Below are positions 1-8,689 of a stretch of 64,000 nt of DNA, piece by piece. The translations under genes were made by a program, and so were the position numbers. The stretch is from Planctomycetota bacterium (GTDB lineage: Bacteria; Planctomycetota; B15-G4; SIAN01), in the NCBI GenBank assembly GCA_028289345.1, contig JANQQL010000018.1, forward strand, positions 86,030 to 150,029. The letters run 5' to 3'. Within the stretch, counting starts at the first letter, position 1. Every line of letters starts with the position of its first letter. Below the pieces are notes generated by a model. It made no database searches and had not been told where the DNA came from. It was given only the letters and a program-made list of their open reading frames with translations.

Positions 1-770
1 TGGTCGAGTGGTCACCCGAAGGCTCGTGGGCCGGGCGCATGGGTGCGCTGTTCCACGAACTCGCTCACCTGGTGCTGCGCGCCGGAGGACGGGTGGCGCA
101 GGTGCAAGCAGACCTCGACGGGGGGAGCCGCGAATCGTTCCTCGCCGCGGCCTTTTGGAACGAGTCCTTCTGCACGGCTTACGGCAATCTTTGGGTCCCG
201 ACGCAACTCGGCGAGCCGCCGCCTCCCCACGTGCCGCTGTACGATCACCCGGCGATCGACGCCCTTGCTCGAGGATTCGACGCCCAACCCTCCAAGTTCG
301 ACGAACCCCTGCGGCCGTCTTGGGCCGAAGCTTGGGTGACCCTCGTCGAAGACCTCTGGCCCGAGGAACGCTGGCGAATGGGAGACCTCTTCTTCCACCA
401 GCGTGCTCACGCCTGGGACGAAGCCAGCATGCGGGTCCTGGCGACCGGCCTCGGATCCGCCCACCTCGAAGGGGTCCTGCGTCCTCAGCGAGGCTTCTCC
501 GAAGATCGAGTTCCCGCTCTGCCCCAAGTGAGCTTGCTGGCCTTGACCACCGGGCACCGTCAGCCGCAAGTCTGGAAGCACCTCCCGGTGTCGAGGCAAG
601 AAGCGCAAGCGCGCCTGGACCAGGCGGACCAGGCATTCTGGTTCGACTGGTCTGCGGGAAAACCTCCGCAGCTGCTGATTCTCGCGCGAGACCTCGCAGG
701 TTTGCGGTCCGCCGCCGCCAAAGTTCGCGCCCAACGAAGAGTTCCCGACAACGGTTGGTTTCGTCCGTGA
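1..770 (+). CDS. Putative Zn-dependent peptidase-like protein (HExxH motif FHELAH), 5'-truncated at window edge
   Basis: Open frame runs from nt 3 to stop at 770 with no upstream stop, so the gene starts before the window. HELAH motif seen near the window start. No family assigned. Confidence 0.4.
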   Translation, partial: VEWSPEGSWAGRMGALFHELAHLVLRAGGRVAQVQADLDGGSRESFLAAAFWNESFCTAYGNLWVPTQLGEPPPPHVPLYDHPAIDALARGFDAQPSKFDEPLRPSWAEAWVTLVEDLWPEERWRMGDLFFHQRAHAWDEASMRVLATGLGSAHLEGVLRPQRGFSEDRVPALPQVSLLALTTGHRQPQVWKHLPVSRQEAQARLDQADQAFWFDWSAGKPPQLLILARDLAGLRSAAAKVRAQRRVPDNGWFRP

Positions 771-819
771 CAGCAATTCCTTACTTTGCTCGCCCGACCC
801 GTGTTGCCGAGGAAACTCC

Positions 820-1959
820 ATGAAGATCCACATCATCGGCGGGGGCCCGTCGGGCCTCTACTTCGCCGTCCTGATGAAAGCTCGTGATCCGTCCCACCAG
901 ATTCAGGTGTTCGAGCGCAACCCCGCCGGCAACACCTTTGGTTGGGGGGTGGTCTTTTCGCGGCGGACCATGCAGATCCTCGAAGACTCGGATCCGGAAA
1001 CCGCCAAGCGAATGCGGGCCGTGTGCGCAGAATGGGAAGACGTCGTCATTGCGCACAAAGACGCGACCTTGCACGTGGGCGGCAACCACTTCATCGGTGC
1101 CGAACGCATCCAGCTACTGAAACTGCTTCACGAACGGTGCTTGGAACTCGGTGTCGAGGTCGCCTTCGAGCAGTCCATTGACGGATTGGAGTCCTTGCGC
1201 GACGCGGACTTGGTGGTGGGCGCCGACGGTGTGAACAGCACGGTCCGCAGTGAGCTCGCCGAACACTTCGCCCCGACCCTCCGTCCCGGCTCGAATCGAT
1301 ACGTGTGGCTCGGCACCCACCAACCATTCGACGGATTGACGTTGACGTTTCGTCCCCACGAGTCCGGCGTCTTCATCGCTCATTCGTATCGCTACTCTCA
1401 GGACACCAGCACTTTCATCGTCGAATGTGACGAAGCCACTTTCGCGAAAGCTGGGCTGGACCAGCGTCCGGAATCCGAATCCCTTCAGCTTCTCGAGGAG
1501 GTCTTCGCCCAGGATTTGGGTGGTCACTCCTTGATGTCGAATCACTCCCGCTGGATCCAGTTTCTGCTGGTGAAGAATGAACACTGGTACCACGAAAACG
1601 TGGTGATCCTGGGAGATGCCTGTCACACGGCCCATTTCTCCATTGGCTCGGGAACCAAGCTCGCCATGGAAGACTCCATTGCACTCGCAGATTCCTTGAA
1701 CCGCTGCGGAGACGTGGCCCGTGGTCTGGAGGACTATCAGGCCCAACGCAAGCCGGTGGTGGACAGTCTTCAGGACGCCGCCCTCTCCAGCCTTGAATGG
1801 TTCGAGAAAGCACACACTCGGATGGACCTAGAGCCACTTCCCTTCGCCATGGAGTGCATGACCCGCAGCAACCGATTGGACCTGGAAAACGTCCGCAAGC
1901 GGGACCCGCAATTCGTTGCTGAATACGAGAAATACGTGGCGAGCGGCGGCGGCCCCTAA
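820..1959 (+). CDS. FAD-dependent monooxygenase (flavin hydroxylase family)
   Basis: N-terminal Rossmann dinucleotide-binding motif IIGGGPSGL. DG(x)NS and GDAxH motifs typical of class A flavoprotein hydroxylases. 379 aa with coherent codon usage. Confidence 0.8.
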   Translation: MKIHIIGGGPSGLYFAVLMKARDPSHQIQVFERNPAGNTFGWGVVFSRRTMQILEDSDPETAKRMRAVCAEWEDVVIAHKDATLHVGGNHFIGAERIQLLKLLHERCLELGVEVAFEQSIDGLESLRDADLVVGADGVNSTVRSELAEHFAPTLRPGSNRYVWLGTHQPFDGLTLTFRPHESGVFIAHSYRYSQDTSTFIVECDEATFAKAGLDQRPESESLQLLEEVFAQDLGGHSLMSNHSRWIQFLLVKNEHWYHENVVILGDACHTAHFSIGSGTKLAMEDSIALADSLNRCGDVARGLEDYQAQRKPVVDSLQDAALSSLEWFEKAHTRMDLEPLPFAMECMTRSNRLDLENVRKRDPQFVAEYEKYVASGGGP

Positions 1960-2069
1960 GTCGCGGCCCCTAACAAGTCGATGTGACGAGGCCAGAAACC
2001 GTTTGGGTCAATCGCTGCACGCTCTTGTCATCCGGCCCCTGGTTGCAGTGCGAAGTCATGGCGGCGCGA

Positions 2070-3566
2070 TCAGAAGCTTTGTCGCCAGAGGTCCCCCTCT
2101 TGGCGAGCCTTCCCTTCCTCTTGTAGTTTGTCCAACCCGGCTCGCAGCGAACGAGAAGCCAAGGCGTGCAAGTCCTTGGGCACATCGGAATACACCGGTG
2201 CCACCAGCTGTTCGATGGTCTGCGGCTCCGGAGTCAGCGCCTGAAGGAGCGCGTCCTCTCGCTGCTGACGATGCTCCAAGTAGCGTCGGAGGACCCCGCT
2301 TCCGTCCCGAACGGCGGGCCCATGAGCCGGGTAGAGGGTTTCGATCGACTCGCCGAGCATTCGCTGCAAACTCTCGAGATAGGTGGCGAGATGTCCTTCC
2401 GGAGGATCGATCACGATGGTCGACACGGTCGAAACCAAATCGCCAACGATCGCGGATCGGTAGCGGCTCTCCACGAACGCCAGGTGCCCTTGATCATGCC
2501 CCGGAGTGTGGAACGCCTGGAGGAACCAAGGCGAGGTGCCATCCGGTGCCGTTCCCAAGTCCAAGCGATCTCCGTCTTCGACCTCTCGCAAGGACGCGGC
2601 ACCCGGGGGAAGCCGCTCGAGGGTTCGAGGGTGAGCGAGCACTGGCATCTGGTAGCGCTGAGACGTCGGAACCACGGCTCCGACATGATCCGCGTGATGG
2701 TGCGTGACCAAGATCCCTTTCAGCTCACGACCTTGGGCCTGCCACTCGTCGAGGATCTGGAACAAGCGTTGCTGCTCGCCCCCTTCGCCACTGGCCGGGT
2801 CCACGATGTAGACCTGTTGTTCGCCGACCAAGAGGCAATTGGTGGTCGTCGCCGGTGGCAAGGTCGGAGTCCGCAACGGAGCCAACAAGATTCCCGGATT
2901 GAAGTACACCGGATGAAGGCGCCCCGCCCGCAGCTGGGCCGCGTGGTTGCGCGCGGCGGCCAGGAACGCCTGCCAGTCTCGCACTTTGGGGTCGGCAAGG
3001 ACCTCGAGCAGAAACAGGACCGGGGGAACAATCAACAGGTCCCCCGCCCGCCACTTCTCCAACGCTGCCCGCGGATCGAAGAAGCCGCCTCCTACGAGTT
3101 CCCCCACTTCGATGGTCGGTTCCTGACCCGGAGGAAGCTTGGCGTGCAAGAAACGGGTTCGATAGCGAACCGGAGCGAACTCCGGAGTCGTCAGTTCAAG
3201 CACGTCCTCCATCCAACCCGGATCGAACTCCACGTGGGCCCAGGATTGGTTCTCGGCGTTGTCAGAACTCGGGGTTTCGAGAAGCGCACGGCGCATCGCC
3301 AGACACCACGCTTCGTCTCGCTGGTCCCGCACGGTTGGCGGCAAAACTCCGGTTTCTTCGAACAGCTCTCGGATTGCCGCTCGCTGAAAGGCCTCGACCT
3401 CGGGAGCATCCGGCCGCTGATCCGCATCATCCAGAACCCCACCCGGCATCGCCCAGTAACCGCCGAAAAATCGCAGCTTCGGGGAACGCTCGACGAGATA
3501 GACCTGCAACCCATGGGAAGTTTCCCGGGTCAGGATCACCGCGGAGGCCTGGCGAAGTCGACTCAT
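2070..3566 (-). CDS. NUDIX hydrolase fused to an MBL-fold metallo-hydrolase domain
   Basis: NUDIX box GGVLDDADQRPDAPEVEAFQRAAIRELFEETGV near the N-terminus. C-terminal half has the HHHADH metal-binding motif of metallo-beta-lactamase fold proteins. Start chosen at MSRLRQ (ATG at 3566), where the NUDIX domain begins. The track ORF extends further, to 3692. Confidence 0.7.
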   Translation of the reverse strand: MSRLRQASAVILTRETSHGLQVYLVERSPKLRFFGGYWAMPGGVLDDADQRPDAPEVEAFQRAAIRELFEETGVLPPTVRDQRDEAWCLAMRRALLETPSSDNAENQSWAHVEFDPGWMEDVLELTTPEFAPVRYRTRFLHAKLPPGQEPTIEVGELVGGGFFDPRAALEKWRAGDLLIVPPVLFLLEVLADPKVRDWQAFLAAARNHAAQLRAGRLHPVYFNPGILLAPLRTPTLPPATTTNCLLVGEQQVYIVDPASGEGGEQQRLFQILDEWQAQGRELKGILVTHHHADHVGAVVPTSQRYQMPVLAHPRTLERLPPGAASLREVEDGDRLDLGTAPDGTSPWFLQAFHTPGHDQGHLAFVESRYRSAIVGDLVSTVSTIVIDPPEGHLATYLESLQRMLGESIETLYPAHGPAVRDGSGVLRRYLEHRQQREDALLQALTPEPQTIEQLVAPVYSDVPKDLHALASRSLRAGLDKLQEEGKARQEGDLWRQSF

Positions 3567-3612
3567 GGGGTTCTCTCGAGGGAAAAGAGAGGACCATGAT
3601 ACGATTCCGTCC

Positions 3613-4398
3613 ATGGCCGCGCTGCTTCTCACGGTACTGGTTTCTCTGAGCCCCTCGATGCCGGACGGGGAACCAACCGCGGTCCCTCCCATTCGCGGGC
3701 TGATGCTGCTCGGCGGAGAGTTCCATCACTACGAGGCCAACTCAGCGATCTTGGCCGAAGCCCTGGCCCCCCGCGGAATCCAGGTGGACCGGATCCGAAT
3801 CGATCATCCCCCCGACGGGCGGCCCCTGGCCGAAGCGGCCACTCTCCCTTCCCGTCCTCAGTTGTTGGAAAGCCGGGAAGAGCTCCATCAGTACGACCTG
3901 ATCATCGCCTACACCCAAGAGATGTATTTGGAGCTGAACGAAGCTCAGCAGCAAGGGGTGCTGCAATTCGTGGCATCCGGCCGGGGTTGGGTCGGCATTC
4001 ACTGTGCTGCGGACACTTGGAAAGAGTGCGACGAATACATCACCATGGTCGGTGGCAAGTTCGAGTCCCACCCGCCGTTCAGCGAATATCTGGTGCAACG
4101 CGTCCAAGGTGCCCATCCAGTCCTCGACGGCATCGATGATTTCAAGGTGCAAGATGAGTTCTACCACTTGGCCGACACGAGCTTGGCCGACAAGCAGCTT
4201 CTGTTGGTCGGGACCAGTCCCGGGGACGGCAAGACGCGTCCGATCGCTTGGACCAAGAACCATGGCGCGGGTCGAGTGTTCTACACCATCCTCGGTCACG
4301 GGCCCGAAACCTTCGCTCACCCACGGTTCCAACAGCTCATCAGCCAGGCGGCACACTGGGTGGTTGGGCGAGAACCGAAAGAAGAGCAGAACAGATGA
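3613..4398 (+). CDS. ThuA-like (trehalose utilisation / class I glutamine amidotransferase-like) protein
   Basis: Motifs LLGGEFHHYE and ILGHGPETF match the ThuA family. Start placed at MAALLL. The start lies only ~46 nt from the divergent NUDIX start. Confidence 0.65.
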   Translation: MAALLLTVLVSLSPSMPDGEPTAVPPIRGLMLLGGEFHHYEANSAILAEALAPRGIQVDRIRIDHPPDGRPLAEAATLPSRPQLLESREELHQYDLIIAYTQEMYLELNEAQQQGVLQFVASGRGWVGIHCAADTWKECDEYITMVGGKFESHPPFSEYLVQRVQGAHPVLDGIDDFKVQDEFYHLADTSLADKQLLLVGTSPGDGKTRPIAWTKNHGAGRVFYTILGHGPETFAHPRFQQLISQAAHWVVGREPKEEQNR

Positions 4399-6005
4399 GC
4401 GTTCGTTTTCGCCTCTCGGTCATGATGTTTCTGCAGTACGCCATCTGGGGCGCGTGGCTGCCCATCCTGTGGCCGTTCCTCGCCGGCGCGCGAGACTTCA
4501 CGGCCTCACAGATCGGCAACATCTTCGCCGTCGGTGCTCTTGGAGCCATCGCCGCGCCGTTCGTGGTGGGCCAAATCGCCGACCGCCATGTCGCCACAGA
4601 AAAGATTCTTGCCGTCAGCCACCTACTCGGAGCCATCTTGGTGTGGATCCTTGCCACGGTGGATTCCTACTCCGGATTTCTGGCGTTCTCCTTGCTCTAT
4701 TCGCTGATTTACGCGCCCACGCTCCCGCTCACCAACTCCATCGCCTTTCATCATCTGGCGGACCGCGACACCGAATTCGGCAAGGTTCGGGTTTGGGGCA
4801 CGGTCGGCTGGGTGGTGGTTGGGATCGCGGTGGGCCACTGGCTGTTGTCACAACACACTCCCGCTTCGGACATCGCCACCGCGGCGTTTGTCGAAGAGCG
4901 CGTTCTGAACGAAGAACAGCGACTCCGTCTGCGGAGCGAGTCGGAGATCACTCTCGAAGATGGCTCGGTTCTGACCGGGACCTCACGGCAAGAAGGCGAC
5001 GAAATCGTCGTCATGACGGAAGGCAGCGAACGACGACTCGCGGAGCAAGAAGTGGCCCTCGTCCGACCGTTGAGCGAAACCTTCGCGGCCGACGGAAAGG
5101 CCGAGGAGTTTCAGACCTTCTTGACCACGGTGGACAGCACCGATGACTCGCAGGCCCTCGCTTCGGATCTGATCGCCCGAGGCCTGCTGGCCGAGACGGC
5201 CTTGCAGGGACCGATCCAACAAGCACAGAACCGCGGGCGGGCCGATGCGTTTCGACTCTCCGCGATCCTTGGAGTTTTGCTGGCCCTGTTCTGCCTAGTG
5301 CTGCCCCACACGCCACCCCAGAAGGGAGAACAATCCTCCGCCACCCGAGAAGCACTTCGCGAGATCAAGAAGAGTCCGCTGCTGATCCTGTTTCTTTTGG
5401 CGGTCCCAGTCAGCTGCATTCACCAGTTCTACTTCGTTCATACCGCCGGTTTCCTGAGCGGGTTCGAGTTCGAGACGGGATGGATCGATGCGGTGTTCGG
5501 AGTCGGCGGTGGCGGCCTCATGACCGTCGGCCAAGTGTCGGAGATCCTCGTTCTGGCCGTGATTCCCCTGGTCGCGAAGAAGGTGTCTCGAAAAGTTTTT
5601 CTCGGCCTCGGACTGCTCGCCTACGCCTTGCGTATGGCAGGCTTCGCCTACGTAGAACAGCTCGCCGAGCTCGGCATCCCTCCCGCGCTGACGCTGATCG
5701 CCAGTCTCGCTCTCCACGGTTTGTGTTTCGGCTGCTTCATCTTTGTTTCGTTCATGATCGTCGATGAAGAAACGACCGGAGATGTACGGGCTAGCGCCCA
5801 GAGCCTCTACAACTTAGTCATCATTGGCATTGGCATCATCGTGGGGAGCAAGTTGGCGGGAATCGTCCAGGAATGGGCGACGCCAGATTCCGCGGTCAAC
5901 TATTCCAAGCTGTTTGCCGTGCCCTTGTGGGCAAGTCTGGTTTGCCTTGTGCTACTTTCGGTGTTCTATCCCGCGAAGCGCCAAACTCGGAGTTCGACCC
6001 CGTGA
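4395..6005 (+). CDS. MFS transporter, NupG/XapB-like nucleoside:H+ symporter family, with long central hydrophilic insertion
   Basis: FLQYAIWGAWLP motif matches the NHS-family FLQFCLWGSWL. About 12 predicted TM helices. ATG at 4395 overlaps the ThuA stop (ATGA). A roughly 115-aa charged loop sits between the two halves. Confidence 0.75.
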   Translation: MSVRFRLSVMMFLQYAIWGAWLPILWPFLAGARDFTASQIGNIFAVGALGAIAAPFVVGQIADRHVATEKILAVSHLLGAILVWILATVDSYSGFLAFSLLYSLIYAPTLPLTNSIAFHHLADRDTEFGKVRVWGTVGWVVVGIAVGHWLLSQHTPASDIATAAFVEERVLNEEQRLRLRSESEITLEDGSVLTGTSRQEGDEIVVMTEGSERRLAEQEVALVRPLSETFAADGKAEEFQTFLTTVDSTDDSQALASDLIARGLLAETALQGPIQQAQNRGRADAFRLSAILGVLLALFCLVLPHTPPQKGEQSSATREALREIKKSPLLILFLLAVPVSCIHQFYFVHTAGFLSGFEFETGWIDAVFGVGGGGLMTVGQVSEILVLAVIPLVAKKVSRKVFLGLGLLAYALRMAGFAYVEQLAELGIPPALTLIASLALHGLCFGCFIFVSFMIVDEETTGDVRASAQSLYNLVIIGIGIIVGSKLAGIVQEWATPDSAVNYSKLFAVPLWASLVCLVLLSVFYPAKRQTRSSTP

Positions 6006-6028
6006 ACCTCTCCACTTCCCTCTCGGGA

Positions 6029-6916
6029 ATGTTGTTCTTGGTGGTGTCCACCTTCCCGGCTTGTGCCGAGGACGAATCCGCCGCGGCCTCCCACGACGAG
6101 TCCGATTTCCTGCGATTCGTTCGCCACGCGGACGATCACGCCACTTTGGAAACCTCGGTGGCGACCTACGTCGATGAGAACAACCGAAGGGTGGACTTGG
6201 TCGGTGCCGTGCACGTGGCGGACACCTCGTACTACGAGACCCTGAACCTGCTGTTCGGCGGCTACGACGCGGTGCTTTACGAACTGGTCGCCGACGCGGA
6301 CACCCGTCCCACTCCAGGCCAAGGCGGGGACTCCATGGTGAGCGTCTTTCAACGCGCCATGAAAGACACCCTCGATCTGGACTTTCAGCTGGATGCCATC
6401 GACTATCACGCCAAGAACTTCGTGCATGCCGACCTGGATCCCGCGACGTTCGTGCGCTTGCAAGAAGAGTCGGGAGAGAGCCTGATCAGCCTCATGCTGC
6501 AGTCGATGATGAGCGAGTTCTCGCGCACCGTCGAGAATCCCGAAGAATCCACGGCTCAATCCCTGTCGTGGCTGTTGGCACTCTTCTCCAAGAACCGGGC
6601 CTTCTCCTTGAAGTTCATCCTGGGCCAGCAGTTCGAAGACATGGAGCGGTTGGTCGCCGGCTTCGAACGCAACCTACAAGGAGAGGAGTCGGTGCTGCTC
6701 ATCAAGCGAAACAATGCCTGCCTGAAAGTCTTGGAAGATCAGCTCACCGAAGGCAAGAAGCGCGTCGCCATCTTCTATGGTGCGGCCCACCTTCCCGACC
6801 TCGAGCAACGCTTGATCGATGAGTTCGGGTTCGCCAAGACCCGCGAGACCTGGCTTCGGGCCTGGAACATCCAGCGGGAGCAGCTGGAGAAAGAAGCTCC
6901 GACGACCGACGAGTAG
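6029..6916 (+). CDS. TraB/GumN family protein
   Basis: Motifs VDLVGAVHVADTSYY and AIFYGAAHL are characteristic of the TraB/GumN (PrgY-like) family. An N-terminal hydrophobic segment is present. An alternative GTG start at 6002 would overlap the MFS stop. Confidence 0.65.
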   Translation: MLFLVVSTFPACAEDESAAASHDESDFLRFVRHADDHATLETSVATYVDENNRRVDLVGAVHVADTSYYETLNLLFGGYDAVLYELVADADTRPTPGQGGDSMVSVFQRAMKDTLDLDFQLDAIDYHAKNFVHADLDPATFVRLQEESGESLISLMLQSMMSEFSRTVENPEESTAQSLSWLLALFSKNRAFSLKFILGQQFEDMERLVAGFERNLQGEESVLLIKRNNACLKVLEDQLTEGKKRVAIFYGAAHLPDLEQRLIDEFGFAKTRETWLRAWNIQREQLEKEAPTTDE

Positions 6917-6963
6917 GACTTCGGACGGGAAAAGAACCCAACGTCCCCTCGACTCGTGAGGCC

Positions 6964-8487
6964 CTACTCGAAAGTGAGGGTCACCACCTCCGAAATTCCG
7001 GCCTTGCCACTGAACTGCTTGGCGATGACTTGGAAATCCATGGAGAGTCCGGAAAACGCCGGCGGCCCGAAGTAATCGAAGGTCCACTGTCCCTTCGCGT
7101 TGAACGGCGCGACAAACATGGTGATGTTGGCCGGGACTGCGTCGATCGCCACCAGACGCAGGATGTGCCAACCGCCCGGCTCCCCCCCCACGGTCCCCAT
7201 GGTCAGGGGCTGAAAGGTCTGCACCGTGGTCGGTGCGATCCGAAACGCCAGCTCGGGAATGCGAAACAGGTGGACGGCACCTAAGTTGCCGGCTTCCTGC
7301 CAGCTTCCCGTCACGACCTCGAGGCCCACCAGGGCAACCGAATGCCCGAGTTCCTCGCCCCCCGCGGCAGCGGTGGCCTCCAGAATGTGCTGCTCCACCC
7401 ACTCTTCGCCATATTGGCGAAAGACATAGGCTGCTCCCGAAAACGCGGGGGTGTTGGCCAGGGGGGCGCCGACGACCAGATTGCCGCGCTGCAAAGCGAC
7501 CGCGTGACCGAACTCTTCTCCTCCGACCGCGTCCGAGGCCTGCAATTTCTGCTCTGCTAGGTACTGATTGCCGTCCCACAGGTAGGTGAAGACTGCCCCG
7601 GAGTTGCTTGACGGCTCGCTGCGACCGACCGCTCCCCCAATCAAAGCGCAGTCGTCGAGCCCCACCGAGTGACCGAATCGATCATTGGAAGCCGAGTCAC
7701 TGGGCACCACCTTTTGCACCAATCCCCAGGTGATCCCGTCCCATTCGTAGACGTAGACCGCCCCCCCATCGAAGTTTCCGTCGTCGTCATTGGGAGAGCC
7801 GATGGCGATTCGATTGCCGTGAACGTCCACTGACGCGCCGAACCGATCGGCGGCGGCGGCGTCCGCGGGGGTGATCTTCTGCTCTTCTCTCCAGACGATC
7901 CCGTCGTAGCGATACACGTACACGGCGCCGGCCTGGGTGCCGTTCTCGGAATCCCACTTGGCGCCAATCACCGCGACATCGCCATCGACATCCAGGGCGC
8001 TGCCATACAACGCATTCGCCTGTCCGTCAGAGGCTGTCAGCTTGAACCCCTGGACCCAGTCAAAGCCGTTCCAGCGGAAGGTGTAGGCGGAACCGGCGTT
8101 GATCCCGTTGTCGTCGTCCCACAGCGCTCCGACCAATACGACGTCGCCACTCATCGCCACGGCAAGACCAAAGTTGTCGCCGGTCTGGCCATCGCTCGGG
8201 ATCAATTTCTTGACCAGAGACCACATGCCTGCGTCGCGTTGATAGAGGTACGCGGCGCCCGAAGCCGGACCGGAACTCGCGTCACCATTGGCACCGAGCA
8301 CCAGGAACTCCTGGTTCTCGTCCATGGCGACGGCGGCGCCGACTTGGTCTCCCGCCACTGCTCCGACCGGCACGATGCGGTCAGTTTCCGTCAGGATGTT
8401 CGTCGCCCCGGCGGTCGATGCAGCCAGGCTCACACTCAAGAAGACGAGTGATTGGACGACGACGGGGGGTGGACCCGCCCGTTCCAT
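6964..8487 (-). CDS. Secreted FG-GAP-like repeat protein (beta-propeller)
   Basis: Signal peptide after MERAG. At least five repeats of D(N/R)FG-x-(A/S)V-x-(G/A), e.g. DNFGLAVAMSGD, DRFGASVDVHGN, DRFGHSVGLDD, EEFGHAVALQRGN, EELGHSVALVG. Confidence 0.65.
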   Translation of the reverse strand: MERAGPPPVVVQSLVFLSVSLAASTAGATNILTETDRIVPVGAVAGDQVGAAVAMDENQEFLVLGANGDASSGPASGAAYLYQRDAGMWSLVKKLIPSDGQTGDNFGLAVAMSGDVVLVGALWDDDNGINAGSAYTFRWNGFDWVQGFKLTASDGQANALYGSALDVDGDVAVIGAKWDSENGTQAGAVYVYRYDGIVWREEQKITPADAAAADRFGASVDVHGNRIAIGSPNDDDGNFDGGAVYVYEWDGITWGLVQKVVPSDSASNDRFGHSVGLDDCALIGGAVGRSEPSSNSGAVFTYLWDGNQYLAEQKLQASDAVGGEEFGHAVALQRGNLVVGAPLANTPAFSGAAYVFRQYGEEWVEQHILEATAAAGGEELGHSVALVGLEVVTGSWQEAGNLGAVHLFRIPELAFRIAPTTVQTFQPLTMGTVGGEPGGWHILRLVAIDAVPANITMFVAPFNAKGQWTFDYFGPPAFSGLSMDFQVIAKQFSGKAGISEVVTLTFE

Positions 8488-8689
8488 GTTTGCACTTTCC
8501 GGGTGCCCGAGGCACTCTCCACTTCTTGTTCCGGTTCCCTCTACCCCACCCACGATAGGGGCCCGGACCGGTTCTCTCTAGCCCGGATCGTTCATGGAGG
8601 CCTGGTGCGGCCGCCGGGGAGATTCCTCCGCGTCCCGGAGAAAGGGGAGGGACCGCCCCCTTCCCTCTCGACGAAAGGTCGGCGAGTGC

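Noticed and set aside
2166-3599. 477-aa plus-strand ORF
   Set aside because: Antisense to the NUDIX-MBL gene. Arg-rich, with no motifs.
4004-5146. 380-aa plus-strand ORF in alternate frame
   Set aside because: Overlaps the ThuA-like and MFS genes in another frame. Extremely Arg/Ser/Pro-rich.
6674-7579. 301-aa minus-strand ORF
   Set aside because: Overlaps the FG-GAP gene in another frame. Arg/Gly-rich.
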